Source of the DNA: Deltaproteobacteria bacterium
GTDB taxonomy: Bacteria; Desulfobacterota; Binatia; UBA9968
NCBI GenBank assembly: GCA_016193465.1
Contig: JACPSE010000186.1
Location: 6,593 to 70,592 of the forward strand
Direction of reading: 5' to 3'
Length of the DNA: 64,000 bases
In this document: piece by piece, positions 47,511 to 54,966 of the stretch
Numbering within the stretch: the stretch's first letter is position 1
How the letters are laid out: every line of letters begins with the position of its first letter
Translations under genes and position numbers: made by a program
The notes under the pieces: model-generated
Databases searched by the model: none
Told to the model about the DNA's origin: nothing
What the model saw: only the letters and a program-made list of their open reading frames with translations

Positions 47511-47771
47511 CTACTTCAGCGGTTCGATCGGTTTCGGGCTTTGCATTCGGCTGCATAGGTTCCAATCCTCCATCAGTTCATCGCGACGTTCCGCGGCCCA
47601 CTCCAATACTAACACCATTGCCCGGCCGGGCAAAGAGCCGCGGATTACCTGGAAGTCTCGCAGGTCAATCAGTGCTTCGTGCTCGGCGTACAGAGCATGG
47701 AAGTGCGGAGGCGCATGATCCCGCCAAAACATTTGGATCACGATGCCGTAAAAGACGCTGATCGTCGGCAT
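47511..47771 (-). CDS. DUF4160-family protein
   Basis: MPTISVFYGIVIQMFWRDHAPPHFHALYAEHEALIDL matches DUF4160. Confidence 0.65.
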   Translation of the reverse strand: MPTISVFYGIVIQMFWRDHAPPHFHALYAEHEALIDLRDFQVIRGSLPGRAMVLVLEWAAERRDELMEDWNLCSRMQSPKPIEPLK

Positions 47772-47966
47772 AAGAGTTCAAAACAAAACACCTGCTTGAC
47801 AGGATCTTTTTCAGGATACTACGCAGGGACTAAATTCGCCAACCCCGTTTAGACCCAGAATCCGCGGACACATAACGTAGGCCCGTCTCGGTTCGCTTCA
47901 TCCCTCACCTTTCGCCTATATCCTTTAACTCTGACGCCTCACGGCTCACGCCTTTCGCCTAATTTT

Positions 47967-48022
47967 ATAGAGAAAGATTGGTTGGATTAGCCCGAAGCGA
48001 AGGAGGGGATGTTCTGGGCTGC
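47967..48022. repeat. 55-bp direct repeat R1b
   Basis: tatagagaaagattggttggattagcccgaagcgaaggaggggatgttctgggctgc. Confidence 0.6.
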
Positions 48023-48092
48023 CGCTGATTTACCGGCCTAACGGCCGGAGCATCCTGCACTTGAGAGCCGGCTAAGCCGGTGCGATCCACGA

Positions 48093-48665
48093 ATGCCAAA
48101 ATCCAAGACTTGCCCCCGGATCCCCAAGATGTGTAACCCTACTTACCTACTACCCCCACAGGTATTACGGACAGGGGAAGGCTGTCGTGCACGGACTCCT
48201 GCCGAATCAGATGTATGGTTGCAGCAGCTAGCAGTAAGAGAGTGCTTAGAGAAAGCCAGGCACGCCGTATCGGAGGTAGTTCCTCCGGCTGATGAATTCG
48301 AAGCATGGCTACAGCGAAAGAAGTATGCATTTCCAGTCTGGAATCTAGGCGGCCTTAGGGACGCCGTATCAGAAGCGGTTACGCCGGCTGCTGAGCAGTT
48401 TGCGAAAGCGCTCGGAATTTACGGCGCCTTAGTCCTCACCAAAGAAATCGTCCGTGAACAGATGGGTTCTGCTATGACTGCATTTCATGTGGACCGGAGA
48501 GATGACCCTGACGAGAGTGAGTTTTCTACTATCTGCTTCACAATCACCACTCATGAGTCAGTAGACTCAATGCTGCGAAGAGACAATGATTTGCAAGATG
48601 TGCTCATTAGTCAAGTTCCACCAAATGCCTGTCTACACTTCTCATTTGCTTATCAATTCGAATAA
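48093..48665 (+). CDS. hypothetical protein with an internal ~19-aa tandem repeat
   Basis: 190-aa ORF. Internal repeat ARHAVSEVVPPADEFEAW / LRDAVSEAVTPAAEQFAKA. No family recognised. The start is uncertain (M1 or M13). Confidence 0.4.
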   Translation: MPKSKTCPRIPKMCNPTYLLPPQVLRTGEGCRARTPAESDVWLQQLAVRECLEKARHAVSEVVPPADEFEAWLQRKKYAFPVWNLGGLRDAVSEAVTPAAEQFAKALGIYGALVLTKEIVREQMGSAMTAFHVDRRDDPDESEFSTICFTITTHESVDSMLRRDNDLQDVLISQVPPNACLHFSFAYQFE

Positions 48666-48668
48666 CTA

Positions 48669-49085
48669 GTGGACCCAACCGACTTTCTTGTTGTCGCACA
48701 GAATCTCCATCCATCTGCGTCAGAAGCGGAAAGGCGCACGTCTATCAGCCGTTTGTACTATGCCTTATACAATCTGATCCACGAAGCGCTATCAAGCGTG
48801 GGCGTGTCGCTTAGCAGGAACGCCGAAGACCATAGGTTGCTTGTTTACTACCTTACACATTGCCGTCCTCCTGCGCCGGCGGCTGGTGTTGGGCTAGCAC
48901 TCAATAGTCTTCGAACAGCTCGCAATATTGCGGATTATGATATGAGAGTAACTGTTGATCCTAAGCAATCAGAATTCGCGTACAAACGGGCACTCGATGA
49001 CTTCGGAAAATTCAAAGCCTTGGATCAAAGGGCATTAGACAATCTTGCCAGATGCATCCAACATCTACCGCCGCTGAAGATTTAG
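48669..49085 (+). CDS. hypothetical alpha-helical protein (possible HEPN-like)
   Basis: 138 aa, 4 nt after the previous gene, so likely an operon. ISRLYYALYNLIHEAL and LRTARNIADYD are reminiscent of HEPN-domain helices but the match is not diagnostic. Confidence 0.4.
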   Translation: MDPTDFLVVAQNLHPSASEAERRTSISRLYYALYNLIHEALSSVGVSLSRNAEDHRLLVYYLTHCRPPAPAAGVGLALNSLRTARNIADYDMRVTVDPKQSEFAYKRALDDFGKFKALDQRALDNLARCIQHLPPLKI

Positions 49086-49173
49086 GGTCATGCCTGAGTA
49101 TTGATTTATTCTTCTCGCCGATTCGATTTCACCTGCAACGTGGGTCCAAAGCCGTTTGCCAACCGAACCACCT

Positions 49174-49220
49174 CAGCTTTGGAACGACAAGCCGTACCGT
49201 CATTCCAAGAAATCATTCAA
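49174..49220. repeat. ~48-bp direct repeat R2a
   Basis: cagctttggaacgacaagccgtaccgtcattccaagaaatcattcaa; partner at 50050-50098, ~90% identity. Confidence 0.6.
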
Positions 49221-49234
49221 CGGTTTGTAGTATT

Positions 49235-49561
49235 CTACTTTGGTTCCTTTTTGGTTTTTGAACGGGCAGCGGTCTTCGGTTCGACCGCCAATCGGAAACC
49301 GATGGCGTCGAGAACAGTGGACAAACTAAAAAACTCCGGATTCCCCTTCGTTGAGAGCATCCTGTAGAGATTTTCTCTGTTAAGGGAAGTAGACGCCGCG
49401 AGCTTGCCCATTCCACCATACGAATCGACGACATCCCTCAAGGCCAGAAGAAAGACCTCAGGCTCCCCGTCTTCCAGAGCCGCGTTTAAATACCCTACAG
49501 CTTCGGTCGGATCTTTGAGCGCCTCCAAAAGATTTCTTTGATAACTCCTACTTTTAGCCAT
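49235..49561 (-). CDS. addiction-module antidote protein (HigA-like HTH antitoxin, TIGR02684-type)
   Basis: NLLEALKDPTEAVGYLNAALEDGEPEVFLLALRDVVDSYGGMGKLA...ENLYRMLSTKGNPEFFSLSTVLDAIGFRL. Confidence 0.7.
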   Translation of the reverse strand: MAKSRSYQRNLLEALKDPTEAVGYLNAALEDGEPEVFLLALRDVVDSYGGMGKLAASTSLNRENLYRMLSTKGNPEFFSLSTVLDAIGFRLAVEPKTAARSKTKKEPK

Positions 49562-49570
49562 TGTGAACTC

Positions 49571-49897
49571 CTACTTTTTATAGTCCTCCCAATAGTCGAT
49601 AGCTCTCCTTATATCCTCAGCTTGTGAACTTTTATCTCCGCCGCAAAGCAAAATAACCAACTTCATCCCCACCTCGCCGAAATAAACACGATAACCGGGT
49701 CCGTAATCGATTTTGAGTTCCAGGACGCCACCACCGACCGGCTCACAGTTGCCCAAGTTTCCCAATCGGATGCGAGCGATCCTCGCACGAACTATATCTC
49801 TGGCTCGTTGGTCCCGGAGCGAATCCATCCAATCGTCAAAAGGACAACTGCCATCAGAGCGAACGTAGTTCTCAACCTGTTTCGCTGAAACTTCCAT
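49571..49897 (-). CDS. addiction-module killer protein (RelE/ParE-superfamily toxin, TIGR02683-type)
   Basis: 108 aa, 9 nt upstream of the antidote gene on the same strand. VRARIARIRLGNLGNCEPVGGGVLELKIDYGPGYRVYF matches the killer-protein family. Confidence 0.7.
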   Translation of the reverse strand: MEVSAKQVENYVRSDGSCPFDDWMDSLRDQRARDIVRARIARIRLGNLGNCEPVGGGVLELKIDYGPGYRVYFGEVGMKLVILLCGGDKSSQAEDIRRAIDYWEDYKK

Positions 49898-50049
49898 TGG
49901 CCGTATTGTAGTTTAAAAGCTACAGGTTGTCAAGGGCAAAATCATGCGCAAAACGATGTAGCGAAACGGAGAGAAATCCTGGCGGGAGTCGTGGAGTCTT
50001 TGAATTTTGCGCTACGTCGATAGGGAAAATCAGCCTGCCCTTACCAGCT

Positions 50050-50098
50050 CAAGCTTTGGGACGACAAGCCCTACGGTCATTCCGGGAAATCATTCAAA
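50050..50098. repeat. ~48-bp direct repeat R2b
   Basis: caagctttgggacgacaagccctacggtcattccgggaaatcattcaaag. Confidence 0.6.
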
Positions 50099-50219
50099 GA
50101 GAACCAGGAGCACTCCGTATCACCGGGATTTACAAGAGGAGCGTTTTCGAGTTATCTTCGTCTGGCTTCGCGAAGTCGGTAGAATAGTGTTCACGTCGTC
50201 ACGCCTTTACGGGGGCGGA

Positions 50220-50474
50220 ATGCGCCTAACGAGAGAAACCTACGGCGGCTATGTGATCCAGGCAGCGTCCTTTGATGGAGCGCTGCGCCATCCTACGCGG
50301 AACAAAAAGTGGGGAGAATGGTATCCCGCCTACCGGATCTATAGAGAAGGGAGACCCGGTAAGCTGGTTCATCAAGAAACGCTGGACCATCCTTATCAGA
50401 GCCAAGATGAAGCAAATAGAAGCGCTTTCAGAGCCGCTAAATCGTGGATTGATAACCGAAACAAAGGAGCGTAA
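50220..50474 (+). CDS. hypothetical small protein (~85 aa)
   Basis: ATG preceded by a GGGGGCGGA SD-like sequence. It is the tail of the longer 50007 ORF, whose 5' part is repeat-derived. Confidence 0.3.
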   Translation: MRLTRETYGGYVIQAASFDGALRHPTRNKKWGEWYPAYRIYREGRPGKLVHQETLDHPYQSQDEANRSAFRAAKSWIDNRNKGA

Positions 50475-50495
50475 TCGGTAAGGCCGTCTATGTGC

Positions 50496-50531
50496 CACAT
50501 TTCCGGAATTCCGGAAACGCGGAAATGTCGG
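50496..50531. promoter_or_regulatory. compound palindrome containing a perfect 16-bp TTCCGGAATTCCGGAA
   Basis: cacatttccggaattccggaaacgcggaaatgtcg lies ~45 bp upstream of arfB; candidate operator. Confidence 0.3.
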
Positions 50532-50573
50532 TATTCCTCGTTCCGGAGGTGTAGTTATGCTAAACTTTAAGCC

Positions 50574-50999
50574 ATGGCTCTCAACATAGTTTCACCTAAA
50601 AAAGAGAAATTCCTTTTAGAGCGTATGCAGGCCTTGGGTGTTCGGGAGCAGGACATCGAGGAACAATTTGTCCGCTCTTCGGGAGCCGGCGGTCAGAAGG
50701 TCAACAAGGCGTCTACCTGTGTTGTGCTCCGCCATCGGCCCACGGGCATTCGAGTGAAGTGCCAAAGAGAACGCTCGCAGGCCCTCAATCGTTTTTTGGC
50801 GCGAAGAATCCTGCTGGACAAAATCGAGGCGAAGCTCAGAGGAGCCGAGTCCGCGGAACAGCAAGAGATTGCCAGGATTCGACGGCAGAAAAGAAAGCGC
50901 TCACGGCGCGCCAAGCTTAAGCTCCTCGCGGATAAGCGCCACCAGGGGAAAAAGAAATCCCTCCGAAACGCCGTGCGACCTGACCATTACGACGACTGA
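50574..50999 (+). CDS. arfB: alternative ribosome-rescue factor / peptidyl-tRNA hydrolase ArfB (GGQ protein)
   Basis: [14 protein letters not shown] motif and a basic C-terminal tail; 141 aa. Confidence 0.85.
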   Translation: MALNIVSPKKEKFLLERMQALGVREQDIEEQFVRSSGAGGQKVNKASTCVVLRHRPTGIRVKCQRERSQALNRFLARRILLDKIEAKLRGAESAEQQEIARIRRQKRKRSRRAKLKLLADKRHQGKKKSLRNAVRPDHYDD

Positions 51000-51046
51000 G
51001 CAGCGGTTGGGACCGGCAGACGCTTCGATCCACGATCACTGTAACT

Positions 51047-51748
51047 CTACCCTCCCAGATAAGCTTGCCGCACCAGATCGTTATGGATTAGATCAGCGGA
51101 CCGCCCCTCCAGGATGGTGCAGCCGGTTTCCAACACATAGCCCCGGTGCGAGACCGCCAGGGCGATCGCCGCATTTTGCTCCACCAGCAGGATCGTGACC
51201 CCCTCTCGATTGATGCTTTGGATCGTCTCGAAAATCTGCTCCACGACAATCGGCGCTAATCCCATAGAGGGCTCATCTAGCAGAAGCAGCTTGGGTCGGG
51301 CCATAAGGCCGCGGCCGATTGCCAGCATCTGCTGCTCGCCTCCGGAAAGGGTTCCGGCCATCTGGCGGCTTCGTTCTTTAAGCCGGGGAAAAAGAACAAA
51401 GACATGGTCCATGTCCTCGCCGATGGAGCCGGAGCGGCGCGAGTATGCCCCCGTTTTCAAATTTTCAAGAACGGTGAGCCGGGGAAAAATCTTCCGTCCC
51501 TCCGGCACATGCGCCACTCCCAGCCGCACGATCTCATGGGGTTCCAATCCCTCTAAGGCCTGGCCTGCCAGACCGACGCTTCCGCGGCGCGGCCGCAACA
51601 ATCCCGAAACGGTCTTCAGGGTCGTTGTCTTGCCGGCGCCGTTCGCGCCAAGGAGCGTGACGATCTCACCCCGGGCGACGGAGAACGATATGCCCTTCAG
51701 GGCATGGATGGCGTCGTAGTAAACATGCAGATCCTGAACCTCAAGCAT
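51047..51748 (-). CDS. livF: branched-chain amino acid ABC transporter ATP-binding protein LivF
   Basis: Walker A GANGAGKTT, signature LSGGEQQML, Walker B LLLLDEPS. Confidence 0.9.
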   Translation of the reverse strand: MLEVQDLHVYYDAIHALKGISFSVARGEIVTLLGANGAGKTTTLKTVSGLLRPRRGSVGLAGQALEGLEPHEIVRLGVAHVPEGRKIFPRLTVLENLKTGAYSRRSGSIGEDMDHVFVLFPRLKERSRQMAGTLSGGEQQMLAIGRGLMARPKLLLLDEPSMGLAPIVVEQIFETIQSINREGVTILLVEQNAAIALAVSHRGYVLETGCTILEGRSADLIHNDLVRQAYLGG

Positions 51749-52520
51749 GGGCGCCCCATTGCCCGCGGCCCAGATAGGCCTCGATCACGCGCGGATCCTG
51801 CCGCACCTCTGCCGGGCTTCCCTCCGCGATCTTCTCCCCGTAATCGAGCACCGTCACCCGATCCGAGATCCCCATAACCACACGCATATTGTGCTCGATC
51901 AGCAGAATGCTCTGAACATATTTTCCCAGGAGTCCCTTGAGTAGCATCATGAGCGACCGGGCCTCGGAGGTGTTCATTCCAGCAGTCGGTTCATCAAGGA
52001 GAAGAAGCTCCGGCGCCGAGGCCAGCGCGCGCGCGATCTCCAGTCGTCTCTGGTCCCCGTAGGAGAGCTGTTGGGCCCATTCCCACGCCTTGTTCTCAAG
52101 CCCAACAAGTTTTAGGAGCTCCATGGCCCGAGTCTCGGCCTCTTTCTCGCGCGCGCGCAAGCGTTTGGTACGAAACAGAATATCCGAGAAACTTGATTCG
52201 ACGCGCGAGTGCATCCCCACCAGCACGTTCTCGAGCGCCGGCATCTGGGCAAAGACTCGGATGTTCTGAAAGGTGCGGCACATTCCTATTTTTGTGATCC
52301 GGTCGGGGCTCAGTCCAACAAGCGAACGATCCTGGAAGCGTATCTCCCCATAATCCGGCTGATAGATCCCCGTCAGGATATGAAAGAGCGTGGTTTTTCC
52401 TGCGCCGTTGGGCCCTATGAGCGAGGCGATCATCCCCTCCTCCAGGCTGAGGTCCACCCGATCCAGGGCGAGCAGCCCTCCAAACCGCTTGGTAACGCCC
52501 CGAATCTCAAGCAGCGCCAT
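51741..52520 (-). CDS. livG: branched-chain amino acid ABC transporter ATP-binding protein LivG
   Basis: GPNGAGKTT, LSYGDQRRLEIARAL, LLLLDEPTAG. Confidence 0.9.
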   Translation of the reverse strand: MALLEIRGVTKRFGGLLALDRVDLSLEEGMIASLIGPNGAGKTTLFHILTGIYQPDYGEIRFQDRSLVGLSPDRITKIGMCRTFQNIRVFAQMPALENVLVGMHSRVESSFSDILFRTKRLRAREKEAETRAMELLKLVGLENKAWEWAQQLSYGDQRRLEIARALASAPELLLLDEPTAGMNTSEARSLMMLLKGLLGKYVQSILLIEHNMRVVMGISDRVTVLDYGEKIAEGSPAEVRQDPRVIEAYLGRGQWGAHA

Positions 52521-53787
52521 CGGATTTCACCTCGCTTCGGCGCGGCGGCAAAATGCCCTGCGGTCTAAAGATCATCATGAGAATCAAAATGAGGCCAAAG
52601 ACCATGCGCTCGTATTTGGCCGGCTCAAATTGTGCCGGGATCTGGCTCAGGTCAAAACTCCCAAGCAGGGGAAGCGCAAGGATGATCCCGGACTGGCGCA
52701 GCGTGTTGAGCCAGAGAGAGAGCCCTTTGAGGAGCTGGAGGTTCAAAATCGTCACCGCGGTCGCCCCCAAAATCGCGCCTGGAATGGAGCCCATTCCTCC
52801 CAGGATCACCATGGCGAGAACCCCGATCGACTCCATAAACGTAAAACTTTCCGGATTGATAAATACCTGCTTGGCAGCGAAGAGAACTCCGATCGCCGCG
52901 GCGAAAGAGGCGCCGACCGCAAAGGCGAGGAGCTTCATCCTCACGACCGGGATACCCATTACAGCCGCAGCAATCTCATCTTCGCGGATCGCTTTCCATG
53001 CCCTGCCGACAGGCGAGCCTTCCAGCCTGCGGGCAACCAAAATAACAAGCAGCACCATCAGGAGCACAAGAAAGTAAAAGTAGAGCGGATAAAGAACTGC
53101 CGCATCCAACTTGAGGCCGAGCAATTCCAATATCGGTTGGAAGAAAAGCGGCGGTCTTCGAATAGGGCTAATTCCCTTGGGGCCGTTGGTTAAGTTAATC
53201 GGCTTATCGAGATTGTTCACCAGCGCGCGGACCACCTCGGCAAAGCCCAGGGTCACAATGGCGAGATAGTCGCCGCGCAGACGGAGGACCGGCAGGCCGA
53301 GAAGAACGCCCGTGAGAGCCCCGACGAGAACACTCAGAAAGAGAAAGACAAAGAACCAAGAGGGCGCGAGCGGAAAATGCGCGCCCGGTAGAAACTCGTT
53401 GGCGTGGGCAGAGCCAAAGATCGCCCAGAGATAGGCCCCGATCGCGTAAAATGCGACAAACCCGAGGTTCAGCAGACCAACGAAGCCCACAACGATATTC
53501 AAGCCGAGGGCAAGGGCAACGAATATTCCAACCTGAATCGCCACTTCGAGATAGTAACCGTTGACAATGCCCAAAAGTGGCATGAGCAAAACCAGCGCCA
53601 CGGCGGCAAAAAAGAGCTTCGTTGTGCGTGGCAGAGCCGCATAGTAAATGAGCAGGAGAGAGGCCTCAAAAAGAAGAAAGGCCAAAACGGATTGGGGAAA
53701 GTAAAAGACCAGAGCGCACGTCAGGCCGATATAACCGATTAGACCAATATGAACAAACCATCTCTTCATCCTTTCGCCTTTCTTCAC
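52507..53787 (-). CDS. livM: branched-chain amino acid ABC transporter permease LivM
   Basis: Long N-terminal TM extension plus the LivM-type permease core. Confidence 0.85.
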   Translation of the reverse strand: MKKGERMKRWFVHIGLIGYIGLTCALVFYFPQSVLAFLLFEASLLLIYYAALPRTTKLFFAAVALVLLMPLLGIVNGYYLEVAIQVGIFVALALGLNIVVGFVGLLNLGFVAFYAIGAYLWAIFGSAHANEFLPGAHFPLAPSWFFVFLFLSVLVGALTGVLLGLPVLRLRGDYLAIVTLGFAEVVRALVNNLDKPINLTNGPKGISPIRRPPLFFQPILELLGLKLDAAVLYPLYFYFLVLLMVLLVILVARRLEGSPVGRAWKAIREDEIAAAVMGIPVVRMKLLAFAVGASFAAAIGVLFAAKQVFINPESFTFMESIGVLAMVILGGMGSIPGAILGATAVTILNLQLLKGLSLWLNTLRQSGIILALPLLGSFDLSQIPAQFEPAKYERMVFGLILILMMIFRPQGILPPRRSEVKSDGAA

Positions 53788-54752
53788 ACCCCTTCCTCCC
53801 GCACTTTTTCACCCAAAAGTCCCTTAGGCCGAAAAATCAGAATAAGAATCAGGATCGCGAAGGCGAAGACATCTTTATATTCCGCGCCAAAGGCCCCATT
53901 CGTGAGAATAGAGAGATAGGAAGCGGCAAACGCCTCCACCAGGCCCAAAACGATCCCTCCCAGGACAGCGCCGGGGATGTTGCCGATTCCCCCGAGGACG
54001 GCAGCGGTAAATGCCTTGAGCCCTGGAACAAAGCCGCTGTAGGGGTTGATCAGGCTGTAGTGGAGCCCGAACAGGACTCCAGCCACACCGCCCATCGCCC
54101 CACCGACAAAGAAGGTGAGAGCAATAATTCGGTCCACGGGAATGCCCATCAAAGAGGCAGTTTCAGGATCTTGGGCCACAGCGCGAATGGCGATGCCGAC
54201 CCTGGTGCGATTGACAAAGAGGTGCAGAGCCAGGAGCATCACCAGAGCGGTGGCGATGACCAGGACCGATTTGATCGGCACTTCCACGGCCGATCCGATC
54301 TTGAGACTTTTTTCGAGACTGGGCAGCGTCGGATAACTCAGATAAAACGAGTTGCGCCAAAGGCTCTCAACGAGACGGATAAAATCCTGCAAGAAAAAGG
54401 ACGCCCCGATAGCTGAAATCAGGGGAACGAGGCGGGGCGCCCCACGCAAAGGGCGATAAGCGACACGCTCCAGCGCCATCGCTGCCAGGCCGCTAATCAC
54501 CATCCCGGCGAAGAGCACCACCAGGAGAACAAACGCAGGATGGAGCATCGCGAGACTCCCGGAAGCCTCAAACCCCAACAAGATCTCCACCCCAACGAAA
54601 GCGCCAATCACAAAGATCTCGCTGTGGGCAAAATTGATGAACTCCAAAACGCCGTATACCATGGTATAGCCCAGGGCGATGAGCGCGTACATAAACCCCA
54701 GGACAATCCCATCTACGAGCACTTGGAAAAATATGCTGAGCGCTAGATCCAA
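53784..54752 (-). CDS. livH: branched-chain amino acid ABC transporter permease LivH
   Basis: LivH-type permease, 322 aa; it overlaps the livM start by 4 nt. Confidence 0.9.
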   Translation of the reverse strand: MDLALSIFFQVLVDGIVLGFMYALIALGYTMVYGVLEFINFAHSEIFVIGAFVGVEILLGFEASGSLAMLHPAFVLLVVLFAGMVISGLAAMALERVAYRPLRGAPRLVPLISAIGASFFLQDFIRLVESLWRNSFYLSYPTLPSLEKSLKIGSAVEVPIKSVLVIATALVMLLALHLFVNRTRVGIAIRAVAQDPETASLMGIPVDRIIALTFFVGGAMGGVAGVLFGLHYSLINPYSGFVPGLKAFTAAVLGGIGNIPGAVLGGIVLGLVEAFAASYLSILTNGAFGAEYKDVFAFAILILILIFRPKGLLGEKVREEGV

Positions 54753-54919
54753 AACAGCGATGCCCTTTGAAAGTCGCTATGCTAACAAATCCTTTTCACC
54801 GCCGCCACCCTACACGCAATGTCGTTCAAATCGTTCAAAATAGTTTGATTTGTTCAAGTCGTTGGAATACCGCTGCGAACGGTTTTTGACGCTTTGAACA
54901 GTTTGAACGGCTTGAACGG

Positions 54920-54947
54920 TTGACACACGCGGGGGCTAGCAGATACT
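54920..54947 (+). promoter_or_regulatory. promoter candidate TTGACA-N16-GATACT for the asmA-family gene
   Basis: ttgacacacgcgggggctagcagatact, embedded at the end of the GTTCAA repeat array. Confidence 0.35.
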
Positions 54948-54966
54948 CTCCTAAAAGCGGCCTCCA

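Noticed and set aside
49270-49300. tRNA-like T-arm (gcggtcttcggttcgaccgc)
   Set aside because: The loop is TTCGGTTCGA rather than the TΨC consensus (GTTCRANYC), and no acceptor, D or anticodon arms can be built around it.
46996-50100. Integron cassette array (R1/R2 repeats as attC sites)
   Set aside because: No intI integrase gene, no attI, and the repeats lack the R''/L''/L'/R' (GTTRRRY) organisation of attC. Reported as repeat-delimited cassettes of unknown mechanism instead.
50007-50219. 5' part of the 155-aa ORF at 50007
   Set aside because: The N-terminal 70 codons derive from the R2b DNA repeat, which is also conserved in the other frames. Only the distal part with its own SD/ATG is a plausible gene.
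52390-53193. 267-aa and 174-aa plus-strand ORFs
   Set aside because: Antisense to livM/livG, with Arg/His-rich low-complexity translation.
21017-54922. GTTCAA arrays as a CRISPR or tandem-repeat (VNTR) locus
   Set aside because: Hexamers are phased at 9-10 bp without unique spacers and are dispersed over four intergenic sites, which is more consistent with transcription-factor binding arrays.
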